Shown here: positions 27,038-32,000 of the stretch, piece by piece
Layout of the letters: every line of letters starts with the position of its first letter
How positions within the stretch are numbered: the stretch's first letter is position 1
Source of the DNA: Flavobacteriaceae bacterium
GTDB taxonomy: Bacteria > Bacteroidota > Bacteroidia > Flavobacteriales > Flavobacteriaceae
DNA: 32,000 nucleotides
Reading direction: 5' to 3'
NCBI GenBank assembly: GCA_965224465.1
Contig: OZ245049.1
Location: 4,500,001 to 4,532,000, forward strand
The notes under the pieces: model-generated
What the model was told of the DNA's origin: nothing
What the model saw: the letters and a program-made list of their open reading frames with translations, nothing else
Database searches by the model: none
Position numbers and translations under genes: made by a program

Positions 27038-27076
27038 ATGGATAGTTGATACTTATTTTCAGTGTCAATTATCCAT
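27038..27076 (+). terminator. conserved long hairpin after the LRR-lipoprotein gene (copy 3 of 3)
   Basis: ATGGATA GTTGATACT TATTTTC AGTGTCAAT TATCCAT followed by TTTT. Confidence 0.6.
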
Positions 27077-27094
27077 TTTTAATAACTAAAATTT

Positions 27095-27682
27095 ATGAGA
27101 ACAAAAATAATTATACTATTAAGTTTATTCGCATTATTTTCTTGTGAGAAAAAAGAAATGGAAGAAACTACACCTGATAATACAGCGCAGTTCAATAAAG
27201 TATTTAACAATACGATTGTGCTTACTACAATGGCTTTTATAAGTGGTGATCCAAGAACTGTTGAGCCTGGCATGCCTATGAAATTTCATTTTAAGTACAA
27301 TAAGAATAATCCAGATAAGCTTTTGTTAGAGTTTAAAAAGTTTCACTATGGGAAAATGCCTTTGTCCGTAAATTTCAGGGGGCTTGTAGATTTACAAAAG
27401 GATACTAAAAATGGAGTAGAAAGAGTACGTCTGTATTGCAACAATGCTGCAACAGGTATTTGGAACCCAGCAGAACCAGAAGCAGCATTAGGACCAGGTG
27501 CTACAGGTAATGGTAAAGTTGATGGTTATTTTTATCCTGAAACTAATGAAATTGAAGTTTTTATCAATTTTAATATGATGAATGTTACGGCATATTCTGT
27601 AAAACAAAAAATTGACCTTAGTCGTCTTGCTAGGTTTGACAAGGAGATGAAAGACTATATAAAAATTCATGATGCTCAGTAG
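27095..27682 (+). CDS. small lipoprotein, possibly a calycin/lipocalin-like beta-barrel
   Basis: Lipobox LFALFSC. 195 aa, beta-rich. Shares an F(K/H)..(D/G)KMP motif with the C-terminal domain of the LRR lipoproteins. The fold assignment is a guess. Confidence 0.6.
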   Translation: MRTKIIILLSLFALFSCEKKEMEETTPDNTAQFNKVFNNTIVLTTMAFISGDPRTVEPGMPMKFHFKYNKNNPDKLLLEFKKFHYGKMPLSVNFRGLVDLQKDTKNGVERVRLYCNNAATGIWNPAEPEAALGPGATGNGKVDGYFYPETNEIEVFINFNMMNVTAYSVKQKIDLSRLARFDKEMKDYIKIHDAQ

Positions 27683-27793
27683 TCAAGCCAGAATTAGATC
27701 AAATAAATGTATTAAATAGGGGGATTCGTATACATATAGGTAGCAAAACAGTTGTTTTTTTAGGGCGATATAGCGCTGATGTAGCGATATCTA

Positions 27794-27873
27794 ATACCAA
27801 ATACATTTCCAAGTGACGGTTTAGAAATAGAATAAACTATTTATATAGGTCATTTTGGATTGTGTGGTATAAT
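27794..27873 (+). repeat. intergenic stem-forming repeat, copy 6 (short form)
   Basis: ATACCAAATACATTTCCAAGTGACGGTTTAGAAATAGAATAAACTATTTATATAGGTCATTTTGGATTGTGTGGTATAAT. Confidence 0.85.
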
Positions 27874-28202
27874 AGGTTTTTGAAAGACATACTTAGATCT
27901 GGACAGTAAATGTAGGTCTGTTGTTTTTAGCTGGTAGCACCTGTTTTGTAACTAATCAGTATGCCTCTTTAAATAAAAAAAAGATACATCACTGACTAGA
28001 AGCATGTTAAGAATACGTTTATTGAGTATCAAAAATAGATTTAAAACTATAACACAAATAAAAAGGTGCTGATAAATAATGTTTTAGGTTTTTTGTGATA
28101 AAAAAACGAAAGGATTTTTTTAATTTACTGAAACATATCATTAAACTAAACACCCTAACTATATTAGCTATTTTTTATGATCTAAGTATATTTGGAACGG
28201 TA

Positions 28203-28661
28203 TTACTTAATTTTTGAAACGCAATTAGGAACAAGTTTGGAAACGTCACCTTCATATTTTAAAATATCACGAACAATACTAGAGCTTATAAATGATGTTT
28301 CAACAGAGGTTAATAAAAAGATGGTTTCAATATTAGATAGGATCCGATTTGTGTGTGCAATTGCCTTTTCAAATTCAAAATCAGCTGGGTTTCTCAATCC
28401 TCTTAAGATAAAGTCAGCGCCTGTTTTTTTGCAAAAATCAATGGTCAGCCCTTGGTAGGTATCTACGTTTATTTTTGATTCGTTTGCAAAAGTGTCTGAA
28501 ATAAACTGTTTGCGTTGTTCTAAAGGGAACATATATTTCTTGTCAGAATTTACACCTATTGCAATAATGATTTTATCAAACAATGGAAGTGCTCTTTTTA
28601 TAATGTCTACATGTCCGTTTGTGATAGGATCAAAAGATCCTGGAAAAATAGCAATGTTCAT
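28203..28661 (-). CDS. coaD: phosphopantetheine adenylyltransferase
   Basis: IAIFPGSFDPITNGHVDII, RGLRNPADFEFE, SSSIVRD. Confidence 0.9.
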   Translation of the reverse strand: MNIAIFPGSFDPITNGHVDIIKRALPLFDKIIIAIGVNSDKKYMFPLEQRKQFISDTFANESKINVDTYQGLTIDFCKKTGADFILRGLRNPADFEFEKAIAHTNRILSNIETIFLLTSVETSFISSSIVRDILKYEGDVSKLVPNCVSKIK

Positions 28662-28705
28662 TTTTTTATGTTTTTAGGAGTGATATTTAGTTTTGTTCTT
28701 TTCGT

Positions 28706-29680
28706 TTATTTTAAGGCCATGTTAATGGCATTAGAAAACAGATCTTCTAATGATATTCCAGCTGCAATGGCTTGTTGAGGAAGTAAACTTGCAGTTGTGA
28801 GTCCTGGTACGGTGTTTATTTCTAGAAAATGAGGCTCGTTATTTATCAAAATGTATTCGGCTCTTGAAAAACCTGACATGTTTAAACTTTTGTAGACCAG
28901 CATGGCTATTTCTCGAACGCGATGCGCTATAGAGGGCGTTAAATCTGCAGGTGTCACTTCATTGCATTTACCTTCGTATTTTGCCTCGTAGTCAAAAAAG
29001 TCGTTTTCCGAAATAATTTCTGTAATCGGAAGCACCTTTATTGCGCCTTTGTATTCGATGACCCCAACGGATACTTCACGTCCATCCAAAAACGATTCAA
29101 TAAGTATTTGTGAATCTTCTTTATAAGCTTTTTCTATGGCAGCAATTAATGATTCCTCTTTGTAAACTTTTGAAATTCCATAACTAGACCCCGCATTATT
29201 TGGCTTGACAAAACAAGGCAATCCTACTTTTTTTATAATGGATTTGGTGTTTATTTCTTCGCCCAAATCCAAATAGTAGGAGGTTGCAGTTTTAACACCG
29301 TATGGTTTTACAATACTTAGGCAGTCTCTTTTGTTAAATGTAACTGCCATTTGATAAAAAGGAGCAGAAGTATGAGGGATTCCCAGAAGTTCAAAATAGG
29401 CTAGCAACGTTCCATCTTCTCCTGGTGTGCCGTGAATGGCATTAAAAACGCAGTCGAATGTTATTTTTTTGCCATTTATACATGTAGAAAAATCATCCTT
29501 ATTTATTAGAAATTCGTCCTTATTCTCATTTACCAATACCCATTTCTCCTTTAATATGTGAATTCTGTAAGGGGTGAAGTGTCTGTTTTTCAGCGCGTTG
29601 TATACGACATCTCCGCTTTTAAAAGAAATTCCAACCTCAGAAGAATATCCGCCCATCACAATGGCAATATGTTGTTTCAT
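28706..29680 (-). CDS. ddl: D-alanine--D-alanine ligase
   Basis: IAIVMGGYSSEVGISFKSG, HGTPGEDGTLLAYFELLGIPHT, ATP-grasp FVKPNNAGSSYGISKV, and C-terminal EINTVPGLT. Confidence 0.9.
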   Translation of the reverse strand: MKQHIAIVMGGYSSEVGISFKSGDVVYNALKNRHFTPYRIHILKEKWVLVNENKDEFLINKDDFSTCINGKKITFDCVFNAIHGTPGEDGTLLAYFELLGIPHTSAPFYQMAVTFNKRDCLSIVKPYGVKTATSYYLDLGEEINTKSIIKKVGLPCFVKPNNAGSSYGISKVYKEESLIAAIEKAYKEDSQILIESFLDGREVSVGVIEYKGAIKVLPITEIISENDFFDYEAKYEGKCNEVTPADLTPSIAHRVREIAMLVYKSLNMSGFSRAEYILINNEPHFLEINTVPGLTTASLLPQQAIAAGISLEDLFSNAINMALK

Positions 29681-29774
29681 TTTTAGTTTATAAGTTTATT
29701 AAGTATAGATACAAACATACGCTAAAAAGCAAACATTTAAAAATTAATGTGTTTTGTAACCATACATTTTATAG

Positions 29775-29782
29775 TATCTTTG
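29775..29782 (+). promoter_or_regulatory. candidate -7 box (TATCTTTG) for the PASTA-domain gene and rluD
   Basis: TAnnTTTG match ending 19 nt upstream of the ATG at 29802. Confidence 0.35.
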
Positions 29783-29801
29783 TCAATTCTAAAAACAAAT
29801 T

Positions 29802-30389
29802 ATGAATTTTATAAATTTTCTTAAGAGTAAACAGTTTTTAATACAATTAGGTCTCGGGATCGTTGTATTGATGGTATTTGTGTTTTTACTTTTTAAATGG
29901 TTGAATATTTCTACCAATCACAACCAAAAAATTGAAGTTCCTGACTTGAGTAAAATGGTATTAAGTGAAGTAGAAGATACCTTAGACGAATTGGATTTGG
30001 CATATAAAATCATCGATTCTACAAGTTTCAACCCTAATTATCCTAAAAAATCAGTAATTGAACAAAGCCCTGAAGCAGGTGATTTTGTAAAAGAAAAAAG
30101 AAAAATATATTTGACTTTAAATCCTTCTAATTATAGAAATGTCACCATTTCTAAATTTTATGGGAAAACCAAACGAAATATCTCTCCGATACTTATTGCT
30201 CAAGGATTTCGAATCTCTAAGAAATATATATATGTTTCTGACATTGCTAAGGATGTTGTAAGAGGAATAAAATTTAAAGGGAAAGACCTTAAAAAAGGAG
30301 ATAAAATACCTAAAAATTCTTTATTGACATTTGTTTTAGGTGATGGAAAAGGAAGTGGACGTTATAACTATACTCAACAAAATAACTAA
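29802..30389 (+). CDS. membrane-anchored PASTA domain protein
   Basis: N-terminal TM helix, then two ~65-aa units (VPDLSKMVLSEVEDTLDELDL...IEQSPEAG...V), the PASTA-like pattern. Confidence 0.65.
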   Translation: MNFINFLKSKQFLIQLGLGIVVLMVFVFLLFKWLNISTNHNQKIEVPDLSKMVLSEVEDTLDELDLAYKIIDSTSFNPNYPKKSVIEQSPEAGDFVKEKRKIYLTLNPSNYRNVTISKFYGKTKRNISPILIAQGFRISKKYIYVSDIAKDVVRGIKFKGKDLKKGDKIPKNSLLTFVLGDGKGSGRYNYTQQNN

Positions 30390-31405
30390 TGAATCAATCA
30401 GAAGACAAAAACGATTTATACGAGCATTTTAAATATGTAGCCAAAGAGGGGCAAGAGCCTTTACGTGTAGATAAATTCTTAATGAATTTTATTGAAAATG
30501 CAACAAGAAATAAAATACAAATAGCCGCCAAAGCAGGAAATGTTTTGGTAAACGATGTTTCCGTTAAATCTAATTATAAGGTGAAAGCGCATGATGTGGT
30601 TAGGTTGGTTTTAGAGCATCCGCCACACGAACAATTGTTGGTGGCAGAAGATATTCCTTTGGATATTGTTTATGAAGACGACCAAGTATTGGTTGTCAAT
30701 AAAGTAGCAGGAATGGTGGTGCATCCAGGTCATGGTAATTATAGTGGTACATTGGTGAATGCCTTAATACACCATTGCGAAAATGTTCCGATGAATAGTA
30801 ATGATCGTCCTGGTTTAGTACATCGTATAGATAAAGATACCAGTGGATTACTCGTAATCGCAAAAACGGAGCTGGCTATGGAGAAGTTGTCGAAACAGTT
30901 TTTTGATAAATCTACCAAACGTATCTATCATGCTTTGGTGTGGGGAAATGTAAAAGAAGATTCTGGAACGATAGAAGGAAATATTGGGCGTAGCTTAAAA
31001 AACAGGTTGCAAATGACTGTTTTTCCAGAGGGTGATTTTGGTAGACATGCGGTGACACATTATAAAGTGTTGGATCGTTTTAGTTACGTTACTTTAGTTG
31101 AATGTCAGTTAGAAACAGGACGTACACATCAAATTCGCGCTCATTTTAAGTATATTGGACATACATTGTTTAATGATGAACGTTATGGAGGCGAACGCAT
31201 ATTAAAAGGAACTACGTTTACCAAATACAAACAATTTGTAGACAACTGTTTTAATATCCTTCCAAGACAAGCCTTACACGCAAAAACTTTAGGTTTTGTA
31301 CATCCAACAACTGGAGAGTTTATGGAGTTTAATTCAGAAATCCCCGCAGATATGAAGGAATGTTTGGACAAGTGGATGAATTATACAGAAAATCAAAGGA
31401 CTTAA
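30389..31405 (+). CDS. rluD: RluA-family 23S rRNA pseudouridine synthase (RluD-like, with S4 domain)
   Basis: S4-like N-terminus (LRVDKFL...), catalytic motif GLVHRIDKDTSGLLVIAKT, and GRTHQIRAH. Confidence 0.85.
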   Translation: MNQSEDKNDLYEHFKYVAKEGQEPLRVDKFLMNFIENATRNKIQIAAKAGNVLVNDVSVKSNYKVKAHDVVRLVLEHPPHEQLLVAEDIPLDIVYEDDQVLVVNKVAGMVVHPGHGNYSGTLVNALIHHCENVPMNSNDRPGLVHRIDKDTSGLLVIAKTELAMEKLSKQFFDKSTKRIYHALVWGNVKEDSGTIEGNIGRSLKNRLQMTVFPEGDFGRHAVTHYKVLDRFSYVTLVECQLETGRTHQIRAHFKYIGHTLFNDERYGGERILKGTTFTKYKQFVDNCFNILPRQALHAKTLGFVHPTTGEFMEFNSEIPADMKECLDKWMNYTENQRT

Positions 31406-31407
31406 TA

Positions 31408-31488
31408 ATACCAATTCACTTTCCAAGTGACGGTTTAGAAATGGAATTATTTTATATCGGTCATTTTGGGTTGTAATTGGTGTAATTC
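31408..31488 (+). repeat. intergenic stem-forming repeat, copy 7 (short form, looks like the empty-site version)
   Basis: ATACCAATTCACTTTCCAAGTGACGGTTTAGAAATGGAATTATTTTATATCGGTCATTTTGGGTTGTAATTGGTGTAATTC. Starts 3 nt after the rluD stop. Confidence 0.85.
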
Positions 31489-31510
31489 CTTTTTGAACTC
31501 AATAAAATTT

Positions 31511-31540
31511 AAAAATCCTCTTTATGGAGGATTTTTTTTG
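31511..31540 (+). terminator. rho-independent terminator downstream of rluD and repeat copy 7
   Basis: AAAAATCCTC TTTATG GAGGATTTTTTTT. Confidence 0.75.
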
Positions 31541-31742
31541 TGAAAAGTTTTCGATATCCTTAAAATGTCTATTTTTGAGGGGGTAAAATCTCTGTTTCGG
31601 AACAGAAAATAGCCTTTTGGAAGTATTCCTAGTAGCCTTGGGCTGAGCTTGTTGATTTATAGAAATAATTTATTGAAATATGATGTCAAGATGATGAAAT
31701 GAGTATCTTTAACCAGCAACTAGCAACTAATAACCAACAGCA

Positions 31743-32000
31743 ATGAAAATAGTAATATCTCCGGCAAAATCATTAGATTTTGAAACAGTAGTGCCAATAA
31801 AAAAGCACACAGAAGCAGTTTTTTTAAAAGAAGCAGCAGTATTGAATAGTGAACTTAAAAAATTATCACCTAATAAATTAGGGGAATTAATGCATATTTC
31901 TTCAGCCTTGTCAGACTTAAATTGGAAGCGCAATCAAGATTGGGCAGTGCCTTTTAATCTTGAAAATGCAAGACAAGCCGTTTTTGCTTTTAAAGGGGAT
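31743..32000 (+). CDS. yaaA: YaaA-family (DUF328, peroxide stress) protein, 5' part only; runs off the window
   Basis: MKIVISPAKSLDFE...ARQAVFAFKGD is the canonical YaaA N-terminus. It is not in the supplied ORF track because the frame is open at the window end. The listed antisense ORF 31727-31933 is spurious. Confidence 0.8.
   Translation, partial: MKIVISPAKSLDFETVVPIKKHTEAVFLKEAAVLNSELKKLSPNKLGELMHISSALSDLNWKRNQDWAVPFNLENARQAVFAFKGD

Noticed and set aside
6086-31488. Could the seven repeats be a CRISPR array or integron attC sites?
   Set aside because: Spacing is irregular and kilobase-scale, with ordinary genes between copies, so it is not a CRISPR array. There are no cas genes and no integron integrase. 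The ends do not show the RYYYAAC/GTTRRRY attC cores.

Overview
AT-rich chromosomal segment with Flavobacteriia-type (Bacteroidota) gene content. Supporting signs are the TPR, two DUF368, aroE, DUF349 gene order, lipoprotein signal peptides ending in C, and TAnnTTTG -7 promoter boxes. Two housekeeping blocks (1-16136 and 28203-32000) carry aroE, psd, cdsA, ftsH, rsfS, birA, pyrE, a SulP transporter, coaD, ddl, rluD and the start of yaaA. Between them lies a ~12 kb accessory island (about 16140-28200). The island is a decaying tandem array of one unit: IS30-like remnant, ~450-bp conserved non-coding block, TonB-dependent receptor, HmuY-like lipoprotein, ~595-aa LRR lipoprotein. One unit is intact (21917-27682, with an extra small lipoprotein). 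The other unit has a ~2.5 kb deletion, a nonsense codon, an IS1595 insertion with an 8-bp target duplication, and an insertion of a small repeat, yet keeps an intact LRR gene. Orphan unit ends sit at both flanks of the array. The most unusual signal is an unnamed repeat family with seven copies, all in the same orientation. Four copies are long (~150-165 nt) and three are short (~77-81 nt). Their conserved arms can form a long interrupted stem that works only on the + strand, and most copies lie just after stop codons of + strand genes. The long form looks like the short form plus a nested 78-nt module flanked by an 8-bp direct repeat. I saw no rRNA, tRNA or CRISPR array. All calls come from reading the sequence and the ORF track by eye. 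Repeat boundaries are good to about +/-5 nt, and family names are motif recognition, not database searches.
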